A stretch of DNA of 64,000 bases. Origin: Macrostomum lignano (lineage: Eukaryota). Within the stretch, counting starts at the first letter, position 1, and each line of letters opens with the position of its first letter. The translations under genes were made by a program, and so were the position numbers. Location: positions 62,001-126,000 of the forward strand of contig NIVC01001112.1 in NCBI GenBank assembly GCA_002269645.1, given 5' to 3'. Shown one piece after another: positions 36,401 through 47,530 of this stretch. The notes under the pieces were generated by a model. That model ran no database searches and was not told the DNA's origin. It saw nothing but the letters and a program-made list of their open reading frames with translations.

Positions 36401-39400
36401 TTTTTGCGGATACGATGATTGCTTAATGTAGGATTTAGATAGGATTTTTGTTGACTTGTATATTCATATATTGGCACTGGACTCCGCATTGCTAGGGCAT
36501 ACGAGTACATATATATGCTTGAATAAGGGGATATACTGGCTGGGTGGCCAGTGCAGAAATCTCGGCGCGTGAAGCGGTGCTCTATTATCAAATTAAGGAG
36601 CGCAGGGTGGAGTTCGAGCAACTGGACTCACCCAACCAGGCCCCGCAGTCAAGTCCACTGGGTAGGGAATTACGGCACAGTAAATAGGGGCTCTGTAACT
36701 GGGTAGATTGAGATGGCGAAGGGTAGAGACAGAGAGAGAGACAGTCATTACTGGCTTGCTGTCAATAAGCAAGCGCGACAGATAAAAATTATATATTGCT
36801 ACTTCTGTAGACGGCTGTTCTTCCCTCGGGTATGTTTTTGTAGCTGTTGAAGACTGCCAAAGTTGTTTGCTTGTTGTTGCAGCTTCGTTTCGACTCCGCC
36901 TGACCATTGTCTCTGCCTCTTGAACCACCGACCTTCCAGATCCTCCGTTTTTGGGCCAACCTCCCAGATCCTCAGTTGCTGGGCCAGCCTCCCAGATCCT
37001 CCGTTTTTGAGCCAACCTCCCAGATCCTCAGTTGCTGGGCCAGCCTCCCAGATCCTCAGTTTTTGGGCCAGCCTCCCAGATCCTCAGTTGCTGGGCCAGC
37101 CTCCCAGATCCTCAGTTTTTGGGCCAGCCTCCCAGATCCTCAGTTGCTGGGCCAGCCTCCCAGATCCTCAGTTGCTGGGCCAGCCTCCCAGATCCTCAGT
37201 TGCTGTGCCAGCCTCCCAGATCCTCAGTTGTTGGGCCAGCCTCCCGGATCCTCAGTCGCTGAGCCAGCCTCCCAGATCCTCAGTTGCTGTGCCAGCCTCT
37301 CAGATCCTCAGTTGCTGTGCCAGCCTCCCAGATCCTCAGTTGCTGGGCCAGCCTCCCAGATCCTCAGTTTTTTGAGCCAGCCTCCCAGATCCTCAGTTTT
37401 TGGGCCAGCCTCCCAGACCTCAGTTGCTGAGCCAGCCTCCCAGATCCTCAGTTTTTTGAGCCAGCCTCCCAGATCCTCAGTTGCTGGGCCAGCCTCTCAG
37501 ATCCTCAGTTGCTGGGCCAGCCTCCCAGATCCTCAATTGCTGGGCCAGCCTCCCAGATCCTCAGTTTTTTGAGCCAGCCTCCCAGATCCTCAGTTTCTGG
37601 GCCAGCCTCTCAGATCCTCAGTTGCTGGGCCAGCCTCTAAGATCCTCAGTTCCTGGGCCAGCCTCCCAGATCCTCAGTTGCTGGGCCAGCCTCTCAGATC
37701 CTCAGTTGCTGGGCCAGCCTCCCAGATCCTCAGTTGCTGGGCCAGCCTCCCAGATCCTCAGTTTTTTGAGCCAGCCTCCCAGATCCTCAGTTTTTGGGCC
37801 AGCCTCCCAGACCTCAGTTGCTGGGCCAGCCTCCCAGATCCTCAGTTTTTTGAGCCAGCCTCCCAGATCCTCAGTTGCTGGGCCAGCCTCCCAGATCCTC
37901 AGTTGCTGGGCCAGCCTCCCAGATCCTCAATTGCTGGGCCAGCCTCCCAGATCCTCAGTTTTTTGAGCCAGCCTCCCAGATCCTCAGTTGCTGGGCCAGC
38001 CTCTCAGATCCTCAGTTGCTGGGCCAGCCTCTAAGATCCTCAGTTGCTGGGCCAGCCTCCCAGATCCTCAGTTGCTGGGCCAGCCTCTCAGATCCTCAGT
38101 TGCTGGGCCAGCCTTCCAGATCCTCAGTTGCTGGGCCAGCCTCTCAGATCCTCAGTTGCTGGGCCAGCCTCCCAGATCCTCAGTTGCTGGGCCAGCCTCC
38201 CAGATCCTCAGTTGCTGGGCCAGCCTCTCAGATCCTCAGTTGCTGGGCACCGCCAATAAATATTTATCGGGAGTACGAGAACTCACTGCCAGGGTGACGA
38301 CTGCATGCATGCTTTTGGTGTTATCAAAGGCCTGCCCCCCTCGCATTGCAGCCGAACAACAGTGGCTGGCCGCTCAGCACATTTCAGTCTTTCCAGTCTC
38401 CATCAAAGACGTCAGCAAAGACTTCAGCCGGAGTCGGCCCTGCCCAGCTCAGCCATCGAGGCTCCTGCTCAGTGGACAACTTGCAACAATTGCTAATGCA
38501 AAAACTGCAACATCAGCAGCAGGGGTAATTAATTCGTAATCACTTTTTTGTATAGACCTGGAAACTCAATGGAAAACTTAGTAAGACAGAAGGCACCCTT
38601 CATGTGTTAGAAAGGCTTTGCATAGCTGAGTGTGTTAAATTGGCAGCGATAGTCTATGGCCAAGCTATAGTATCTATCTGTATACAGGAATATCAAGGCT
38701 TCGGCTTGAGGCAGGTTAAAAAGTAGTTGCCAAGGATGGCTTAATGCCAACTGTCCGAATTTCTCTGTCAAACAGTATTTAGCTAGCTCGAGGGCCCCCA
38801 ATGTCCCCATTTATTTTTGTTCCCTTAAGCCTTTATTTGTCTGCGCTAGTGGCTTCTTGTTGCATTTTTTCTCTTTTTCTTCTTCTTTTGCCGCTGCAAG
38901 CGTTCTGCTTCTGTGCTACCCCAACCCCTCCTTGTAAAGCCTTCTGCCAATCCGGGAGTTTAAGGCGACGTTTAGCTTCGATCGAAACCAGTTTTTTGTC
39001 TTGAACTGTAACCGGGTTTAGCGGATTGCCGCCCAGACTTTAACTAGCGCAGATGTACTTTTATTTGATGCCCCAAACTGTTTTAGACTTTTAGTTAGCT
39101 AATTAGCTTATTGAGACTGGAATTTTATTAGTAGCTCCGCAATTTTAGTCTAACTGATTCATGTACTTATCCAGATTTCTTTACCGAATGTACTTTTAAT
39201 ATATAGCTATATAGCTTTCATCTAGCTGTTTAGATATAAGCACTCGGATCTATTTAATTATTCAACTGTAATCTCTGATCTAATCATAATCCATCTCGCC
39301 CATAGATTTAAGGGTAGGGAATCTAACTCATAAATTTTAGGTGAGCTGGGAATCTCACCCAGGAATTTTAGGTAAGTTGGGAATCTCACCCATAGATTTA

Positions 39401-42400
39401 GATGAGCTGGGAATCTCACCCATAGATTTTAGGTGAGCTCCCAATCTCACCCATAGATTTTAGGTAAGCTAGAAATCTTACCCATAGATTTTAGGTGAAT
39501 TGGGAATCTCATCCATAGATTTAGATGGGCTGGAAATCTCACCCATATATTTAGATGAGCTGGGAATCTCACCCATAGATTTAGGTAAGCTAGGAATCTC
39601 ACCCATATATTTAGGTGAGCTGGGAATCTCACCCATAGATTTAGATGAGCTGGGAATCTCATCCATAGATTTAGATGAGCTGGGAATCACACCCATAGAT
39701 TTTAGGTGAGCTGGGAATCTCACTCATAGATTCAGATGAGCTAGGAATCTCACCCATATATTTAGGTGAGCTGGGAATCTCACCCATAGATTTAGATGAG
39801 CTGGAAATCTCACTCATAGATTTAGATGAGCTGGGAATCTCACCCATATATTTAGATGAGCTGGGAATCTCACCCATAGATTTAGGTAAGCTAGGAATCT
39901 CACCCATATATTTAGGTGAGCTGGGAATCTCACCCATAGATTTAGATGAGCTGGGAATCTTACCCATAGATTAAGGTGAGTTGGGAATCTCACCCATAGA
40001 TTTAGATGAGCTGGGAATCTCACCCATAGATTTAGGTGAGCTGGGAATCTCACTTATCTAGATTTTAGGTGAGCTGGGAATCTCACTCATCTAGATTTAG
40101 ATGAGCTGGGAATCTCATCCATAGATTTAGATGAGCTGGGAATCTCACCCATAGATTTTAGGTGAGCTGGGAATCTCACCCATCTAGATTTAGGTGAGCT
40201 GGGAATCTCACTTATCTAGATTTTAGGTGAGCTGGGAATCTCATCCATCTAGATTTAGGTGAGCTGGGAATCTCACTTATCTAGATTTTAGGTGAGCTGG
40301 GAATCTCACCCATCTAGATTTAGGTGAGCTGGGAATCTCACTTATCTAGATTTTAGGTGAGCTGGGAATCTCACCCATCTAGATTTAGGTGAGCTGGGAA
40401 TCTCACTTATCTAGATTTTAGGTGAGCTGGGAATCTCACCCATCTCTCATCTATTTGCATTATAGGTCTAAACTTAGCAAGTATCAAATTATAAAAATCA
40501 ACAATTGCGTAAAAATCTATATAATTTATTACATTAATTTCATTTCATTACAGCCAAACAGTCGCTGGTCAACCCTGGTTAGCAACTAACGATGTCGAAG
40601 GAGGCTGCTTCCCCCTAGCAGCGACGTCCAAGCCAGTAGCAGGCGCGCTTGGTCGTCGAAGTTTTGGCCAGAGATCTTTACGCGAGCGACGTAAGCCGAC
40701 TGACATGTTCGATTCGACGCCGGGTTCTGAAGGATTTCCGGTCAATTGTTTAACCATTGGTGGCGGTACGGGCTTTCGGAACTCTTCCTGTCTGCTCTGG
40801 TTTGGTCAGATTCTCAATTAATAATTAATTAATGAATTATTAATGAGTTTTTAGATGGAACTTCTGATTTCTATTAAGCCTGATCCATTCAGGGTGCGAT
40901 TCTCATGTGTCTATTTCCATGAGATTAAGATTCTCATGTGTCTATTTCCATGAGATTAAGATTCTCATGTGTCTATTTCCATGAGATTAAGATTATCTTG
41001 TATCTATTTTCATGAGATTAAGATTCTCATGTGTCTATTTCCATGAAATTAAGATTCTCATGTATCTATTTCCATGAGATTAAGATTCTCATGCGTCTAT
41101 TTCCATGAAATTAAGATTCTCATGTATCTATTTCCATGAGATTAAGATTCTCATGCGTCTATTTCCATGAGATTAAGATTATCTTGTATCTATTTTCATG
41201 AGATTAAGATTCTCATGTGTCTATTTCCATGAGATTAAGATTCTCATGTGTCTATTTCTATGAGATTAAGATTATCTTGTATCTATTTCCATGAGATTAA
41301 GATTCTCGTGTATGTATGTCCATGAGATTAAGATTCTCATGTGTCTATTTCTATGAGATTATGATTCTCATGTGTCTATTTCCATGAGATTAAGTTTCTC
41401 GTGTATCTATTTCTTTGAGATTATGATTGTCATGTAGATATTTTTATGAGATTAAGATTATGTAGATACATGTATCTCATCTCATACATAGAGATCCTCA
41501 TAGATATCTCATCTCAGACAGAGAGATTCTCATAGATTTCTCATCTCATATTCTCTTTAATAACGAATCTGGAATGTGATTGATACGAATTTTCAACATC
41601 TCCCCCTTCAACTCTCACACCTGCTCCGCAGATGGCCCCTCACGCCCGTCTCACAACGCGCCACCGCCGGCCGCGTCGACTTCTTCTCCGTCCATTGTCT
41701 CGTCTATTGAAGACGCCGACGCCGATAATGATTCCGACAGCTGCGGCAGCGGCGACTACGAACGCGCCATTGTGGTGGCACCGCCTCGGCATCGCCAGCT
41801 ACAGCAGCAGCAGCAGCAGCAGCAGCAACGACAACAGCAACAGCAACAACAGAAGCAATCTTTAGGGCACGCATCTGCCGCTCCATCTGGTTCCTCGACG
41901 ACGGCCTCAGTTAGTCAACCTTTGTCGCAGCCAGCCACCGCCGCCTCCGCCACCGCCGCTGGACCCTCCAGCGCGTCGTCGACTGCAAAACAAAGCGGCG
42001 GCAGTCGAAAAAATTTCCTTAAGGGTCTTTTTAGGTGAGTTAGAATTTGAATGAAACAAAGATCGCACTACAATTGCTTTATTGACATCTGCGTTTCTTT
42101 TCACTTCGCATCTAGCGTTTTGTTTGAGCTTGACAATAAATGATGATAAGGTTACTATACTGACTTTGGGTCAACTTCTGCTGACTTTGGGTCAACCTCT
42201 GCTGACTTTGGGTCAACCTCTGCCGACTTTGGGTCAACCTCTGCCGACTTTGGGTCAACCTCTGCTGACTTTGGGTCAATCTCTGCTGACTTTGGGTCAA
42301 CCTCTGCTGACTTTGGGTCAACCTCTGCTGACTTTGGGTCAACCTCTGCTGACTTTGGGTCAACCTCTGCTGACTTTGGGTCAACCTCTGCTGACTTTGG

Positions 42401-44184
42401 GTCAATCTCTGCTGACTTTGGGTCAATCTCTGCTGACTTTGGGTCAACATCTTCTACATTTGGGTCAACTTCTGCTGACTTTGGGTCAACCTCTGCTGAC
42501 TTTGGGTCAACCTCTACTGACTTTGGGTCAACCTCTGCTGACTTTGGGTCAACCTCTGCTGACTTTGGGTCAACCTCTGCTGACTTTGGGTCAACCTCTG
42601 CTGACTTTGGGTCAACCTCTGCTGACTTTGGGTCAACCTCTGCTGACTTTGGGTCAACCTCTGCTGACTTTGGGTCAACCTCTGCTGACTTTGGGTCAAC
42701 CTCTCTTACATTTGGGTCAACCTCTGTTACTTTGGGTCAACCTCTGTTACTTTGGGTCAACCTCTCTTACATTTGGGTCAACCTCTGTTACTTTGGGTCA
42801 ACCTCTTTACATTTGGGTCAACAGCTTCTACATTTGGGTCAACCTCTCATACATTTTTGTGTCAAATTTTCCAAACTGCGAGTCAACATCTAAAGAATAG
42901 AAGTGAACCGAATGAGACTAAATTAGTATTGTACAAGTTGCATAAATTATTTCCTTCAAAAATCCTCTGTTCCATAGTTTATTCCCCTTAATGAATTTGT
43001 TTAAATTAGTTGAACTTTAATTCGTTTTTGTTATTTTTCGACCCAAAGCTGTTTGCACTTATAGCGTTATGTATATGTATAGCTAATCATATTATTGACA
43101 TTGTCAACTAACTGGCTACTAATTACTAAATGCAAAATCATCCAGATCAATCAGCGTTCGTGCCAGGTACGTGGATCATATCATAGACTACTCTATATTG
43201 CCATTTGCACGTTTCATATTAATAGCTAATATTTGTTACGTATAAATTCCGAGTTTAACAGCATTTATTCAACAACCAATGGAATTGGTTTTACTTTTTA
43301 TATAATTTATCTAAATGTACCGATGTTTGCCTTGAATTGATTCTGGTTCGTGTACAAGACATATGCCGTTACTATCGCCTGTGCATCACCAGGAATCACT
43401 GCCTTCACTTGCTTACTGTATGTTACATGTAAATGGCTATACTTATCCTTTAATTGTTGCTAATATATAGCACATTTATCCCGAAAATCGCAAATGTTTA
43501 ACAACGGCTACTCTAAAGTTGCTATAGTTAAATTCTGAACGCAAAATCATATCTACCTATTATATTACGAGAAAATATAATTGCTATATTCTGCTAGCTC
43601 GTAGTTAGCCATCAATTAGATGTCGAAATGAAATAGTACTTTCTAATTATAGAAGCTGACGTCACAACTGAGTCGATTCTAGTTTCTAATAATAGAATAT
43701 GACGTCACTGCTTTGTCAACTGTTTTTTCTAATAATAGAAAATGACGTCACTGCTTTGTCGACTGCTTTTTCTAATAATAAAAAATGACGTCACTGCTAT
43801 GGCAAGTCTTGGTTTCTATTGGCACAACAATGCGCCGCAAAAAACTCTGACTGTGAGCACTTTCCAAACTCGCGCAGGCTACGCCCGCGATCCAAGTCTC
43901 AACAGGGCGGCAGTCCTCGCCCATTGGCCATCAAGTTAGACAGCTCGGAGTCGCCCGCCAACACTGGCGGCAGCGGCAGCGGCAGCGGCGGCGGCGGTGG
44001 CACCGGTAGTGGCAGCGGTGTTGCCAACTCTTCTGGCTCTGGCGGCAGAGTTGGCTCGTCGAACGCACCTTGGCAGCAGCAGCAGCAACAGCAGCAACAA
44101 GCTTCAGTTGATGCTAGCAGTGGAGCAGCGATGTTCGCCACACTATCACGGGGCCGTTGGATGCAAGGCGTCACTGACGCTTAA
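24458..44184 (+). CDS. par-3: Partitioning-defective 3 / Bazooka polarity scaffold, ~1,304 aa
   Basis: Exons 24458-24697, 25407-26098, 27993-29058, 30709-30764, 33369-33732, 35141-35542, 38352-38524, 40554-40765, 41632-42034 and 43878-44184 total 3,915 nt, all GT..AG and in phase. N-terminal oligomerisation domain MKVTVSFGPTKLVVPCG..DGGILDWND; three PDZ domains (GLGFSVT..DGRLKAGD; GLGVSI..DGRLRESD); aPKC-site-like RRSFGQRSLRERR; FLKGLFR motif. Confidence 0.93.
24810..25210. repeat. 29-bp minisatellite (TAAGCTCCTATGGGTGAGATTCTGAGATA)n, par-3 intron 1
   Basis: Direct inspection. Confidence 0.95.
26174..26378 (+). mobile_element. SINE-like element (family B), copy 1
   Basis: A-box-like TAGCCCAGTGG head. 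The 3' ~130 bp matches 57341-57512, ending ...TAGGGCCGCTGTACACTCCT. Confidence 0.65.
26474..26838. repeat. 60-bp tandem repeat, 6 copies
   Basis: Consecutive 60-nt lines nearly identical. Confidence 0.97.
27172..27597. repeat. 27/29-bp minisatellite (CTAGATACTTGATTGAGAATAGTGTCT)n
   Basis: Direct inspection. Confidence 0.95.
29665..30625. repeat. (CTCCT/CTCTT)n polypyrimidine tract, ~960 bp
   Basis: Almost pure C/T on the plus strand; it explains ORFs 29596..30768 and 29603..30643. Confidence 0.97.
31305..31650. repeat. 20-bp minisatellite (ATTTACATGATTCTAGCGTC)n
   Basis: Direct inspection. Confidence 0.95.
32178..33300. repeat. Compound satellite: 21-bp (GGATTCGGGATTGAAGTCCCT) to ~32575, then 24-bp (GGATTCGGGATCATCGAAATCCCT)
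   Basis: Direct inspection. Confidence 0.95.
33747..34980. repeat. 20-bp minisatellite (CCCTGTTCCCCTGTGTCTTC)n
   Basis: Starts 15 nt after the par-3 exon-5 donor; it explains ORFs 33548..35002 and others. Confidence 0.98.
35573..36190. repeat. 29-bp minisatellite (GGTTTGTTGTGAGGCGGGTCATGACTCAC)n
   Basis: Direct inspection; many units contain TGACTCA. Confidence 0.95.
36930..38248. repeat. 28-bp minisatellite (CAGATCCTCAGTTGCTGGGCCAGCCTCC)n
   Basis: Reverse-complement relative of 14824-15340. Confidence 0.96.
39290..40445. repeat. 30/31-bp minisatellite (TGAGCTGGGAATCTCACCCATAGATTTAGG)n
   Basis: Direct inspection; par-3 intron 7. Confidence 0.95.
40900..41460. repeat. 31-bp minisatellite (TTCTCATGTGTCTATTTCCATGAGATTAAGA)n
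   Basis: Direct inspection; each unit has the inverted pair CTCATG/CATGAG. Confidence 0.94.
42160..42848. repeat. 21-bp minisatellite (GACTTTGGGTCAACCTCTGCT)n
   Basis: par-3 intron 9; it explains ORF 42082..42900. Confidence 0.96.
43640..43800. repeat. 43-bp tandem repeat with a TGACGTCA palindrome in each unit
   Basis: TGACGTCA at 43657, 43700, 43743 and 43786. Confidence 0.9.
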
Positions 44185-46079
44185 CCTTCTATTAATTACA
44201 ATTTATGTAAATTTTGTCCAGGATATGATCGCCTCTTACATGTACTTACTTGAGCAAACTATAGCGCATAATTCTGAGTGTCTTGGTGTTGTAGGCGATG
44301 TACGCGCATAGCGTTATTTTTTTATTCGGAAGCTTTTTTCCGGCTCTTTTTGCTCACGCATTCTATCGTTTTCAAGGAAACTTCTCTGGCTTCGTCGACC
44401 GCAATAGGCTAACAGATTAGCTTAATTTATAAACTATCGAAGTTTTTATTGGAGGACTATATAAGCTTGCCACTCGCAACGACTTTTAGCTTTGTTGTCT
44501 TTACAATTTAAAGTCGTTCCCTAATTGCGAATGTTGTCTTAGAAGCGCCCGAAAAACTGAACTCCCTAAATTTGATTTCTAAGCCGTCATACTTAGCGAG
44601 TTAAATTTATACGCTTCTGAGAATCGCTCACCTAAATGCACTTTGTAGACTACTGTTCAGATACGCAGTCAGTAGTAGTGTAGTAAAACTATAGCTCTAG
44701 TCTGGCTTGGAAGTTTTTTGTCTTATTTTTTATGTCTATTGATGTCTTCAACTTTGCTTTTCTATCTAGCTCGTATATACTATTTTATAGCCCGACAGCT
44801 CATTTAACTACATGTACTTCATTGTAGATTCTACATATTCGTTCATTCTAATTTGTTTTTCTGTAAGATATTAAGTATCTGTTCAATATTTTTGAAAATT
44901 ATTTTTTTTGACATAGGTGAGTTCATTATTTTAGAAACTGTGAAAATATTTGCTTTGGAATTAATAATAGCTATATATGTACTTCTCAATCTATATACAG
45001 TCCATTTAACCTGTCAGTATTATCATCAAATGTAGATATTATCTATCACGTAAGTCTCTGCTCATTTAAACGCAAATTACGATTTTAAATAGTTCTTAAA
45101 ATTATGCGAAATAAAAGCAAGTTATTAATCCATCTTCATAAATAACAAATATTTATCGAGTTTGCTCAACAGCTGTGACGCTCGCTGGCTGGAATCTGGC
45201 ATATATGCTGTAGAAATCTGATTATTCATATTTTTAATATAAATTATACATTTTTAATATACACATAATGAATGATGAATACACATCAGACATGATGAAT
45301 AACTTTAATGCATTGAAATTGCTTTTCATCTTTCAGTGTAACCATTTAATTTTATAAAGGGATTGTTATTGTCATTGGATATTTTGTTTTCCTTATTTTT
45401 AGTTGTTTGTTCAACTTTCTCCATTGCGACCTCGTTGTGTACTTTTAAGCTGTATAGAAAATTTGGCAACTTTTTATTTTCACAGAATATATTTTTTTAC
45501 TTACGAGAGAATATCGTCAAATTTTTATTTGTTTAGCTAGCAACTCGAATTTTCAGAACAAGTGCTTGCGATATTGATTTAGCTAATAGTTATGCAATAT
45601 AAACGGGCATATGTATGAAGTTCATGCACCGCTGATTATTTAGCTTTTTTCATAAATGTCTGTCACTTTTCAAAGTCTGTCACTTACATTTGTCTTCACT
45701 GATTCTTGTTCCTTTTTCTCTACATACGCTCGTATATCAGCGCAACACGGAAAATTCTTAAAACTAATGTTTTGCTTATTTCCTATCATATTAGTTTATT
45801 TTGCGATCAATTTCCACGTACATAGAGCGTTTATATTGCTTCCATTTCTCTATGTTTGTTCGGTTCATTCTTCGATTCGCAGTAATTGCGCCATTTAAAT
45901 TATTAAAAGCCGCCAGCTGTCCTAAAAAATTCAATAGTACTGACGTGACACGCTGAAATTAATTGCAATTTAATTCACTCCTATAATTCGCGATTTGAAT
46001 ATAATTTTAAGTTTTATCGTGTCTTTTGTATTTTTATTAAAGTTTTTAAACAGATACCAGTGCTTAAAGAGTATATATA

Positions 46080-46709
46080 CTCAGCAACAGTCAAAAGTTC
46101 CACCCCACTAAGCGAGATGATTTTTTCACTTTTCACTTGCGAGTGGCGCAACCTACGGCACGCGCAAAGCTTATTGCCGCTTGGGGGTGGCTTGTGTCTA
46201 CTTAATGGTCCAGCTAGGCCTGGACATTAAGCAGACACAAGCCCAGGAACAACGCCCCGCCACACCAAGCCGATGCTGTTAGTCAACTGAAGGAACAGCT
46301 ACAGCTGCGCACTCTGCGCTGGCCTTCCCGGTCCCCAGACATGAATCCCATCGAGCATGTCTGGGACTTCCTAAAACGTAGCATTCGAAAAGAGAATCCA
46401 CCATAGAATGCTGCGGAGAGCTCTGCGTCATGCCATTGAAAACGCTTCGGAGCGGCTTCCCCAGGACTTTCTGCGCCGCCTCATCATTGGGATGCCCCGC
46501 AGAGTCGTCGCACTTCTGCGTGCGAGGGGATCCGACACGCATCGCGAGTCTAACTGAATATTGCATAAAAAATTTCTGATTTTACTACGAGTATTGATAG
46601 TCAATCAACTTTCCCTTCCTCGCGGCGGCTTAGTTGCGTAACTTGAGGGTTGAATTGCGAGTGTGAAGTTTTCGCAATTTGGAGGGTGGAACTTTTGACT
46701 GTTTCTGAG
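46080..46709 (+). mobile_element. Non-autonomous Tc1/mariner deletion derivative (~630 bp)
   Basis: 25-bp TIRs CTCAG(C/A)AACAGTCAAAAGTTCCACC at 46080-46104 and 46685-46709, flanked by TA. Internal decayed transposase C-terminus LRWPSRSPDMNPIEHVWDFLKR ... GMPRRVVALLRARG with stops and frameshifts. Confidence 0.92.
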
Positions 46710-47530
46710 TATATGTATAGTGTACTAGCATTTAAAAAAACTATAAAATAATATACCATGTACCGGTAGGGTGACCAGAAAATCTATAATTTAAGATTCA
46801 CACAATCAAAGAGCGTTCTGGAGAGGGTTGGACCGCTAAAAATGAGGTTTTAGCTGTTGGATGAAACGGTGATAAAAAGCCGCTAGAAAATCGATAAACT
46901 AACTACAAGGTTGTTTAAGAGAGCAGCGCCGAGAAATTATATAAGGTTTGGAGCGAGGGGGAACAAACAACGAAAACATCGAGCAGACGAGCACCTTAAT
47001 CACCTCCCACCAAACAACACAGCGAGAGAAACGGTTGGCTACCAAACAATGGCGGCTAGCGGAATATAAATTGCCGACGAGCGGACGGCCAAAAAATCGA
47101 TAGGCTAGGCTCGGCTTTACCCAGCCCATAAGAAAGAGCAGCGCAGAGAGTTAGCAGGGTAGCGTGGATAGGGCTCTGGGTTGACTACCGGGCGACTAGA
47201 AAATCGATAAACTTTAACCCTTTAACTGAGCGCAGTGGAGCAAAGAGAGAAGCTTGCTAACATGGGTTTAGGGGGACTGTAGATACGCTCGTACGGTGAC
47301 GAAAGAGAAAAATCAATACGCTTCACATCATCAAAGAGCGTTTTAGAGATCAGTTTCCGACCACTAGGTCCTTTCCTTACAAGAAAATCGATAACTACCC
47401 CCCCTTTATCCCCTAAGAACTGTAAAGCTTCTGCCGCAATTTGACTGCCAGTGAGTCTGTAGTAGTGACTTGGCTTGTGTTGTGTGGGGTGCTGAGGGGG
47501 TTGCTGCGTACACTTTACCATCGTGCTCTT

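Noticed and set aside
42082-42900. 272-aa LTLGQPL heptad-repeat ORF resembling a repeat protein
   Set aside because: A 21-bp satellite within par-3 intron 9, with no splice or domain support.
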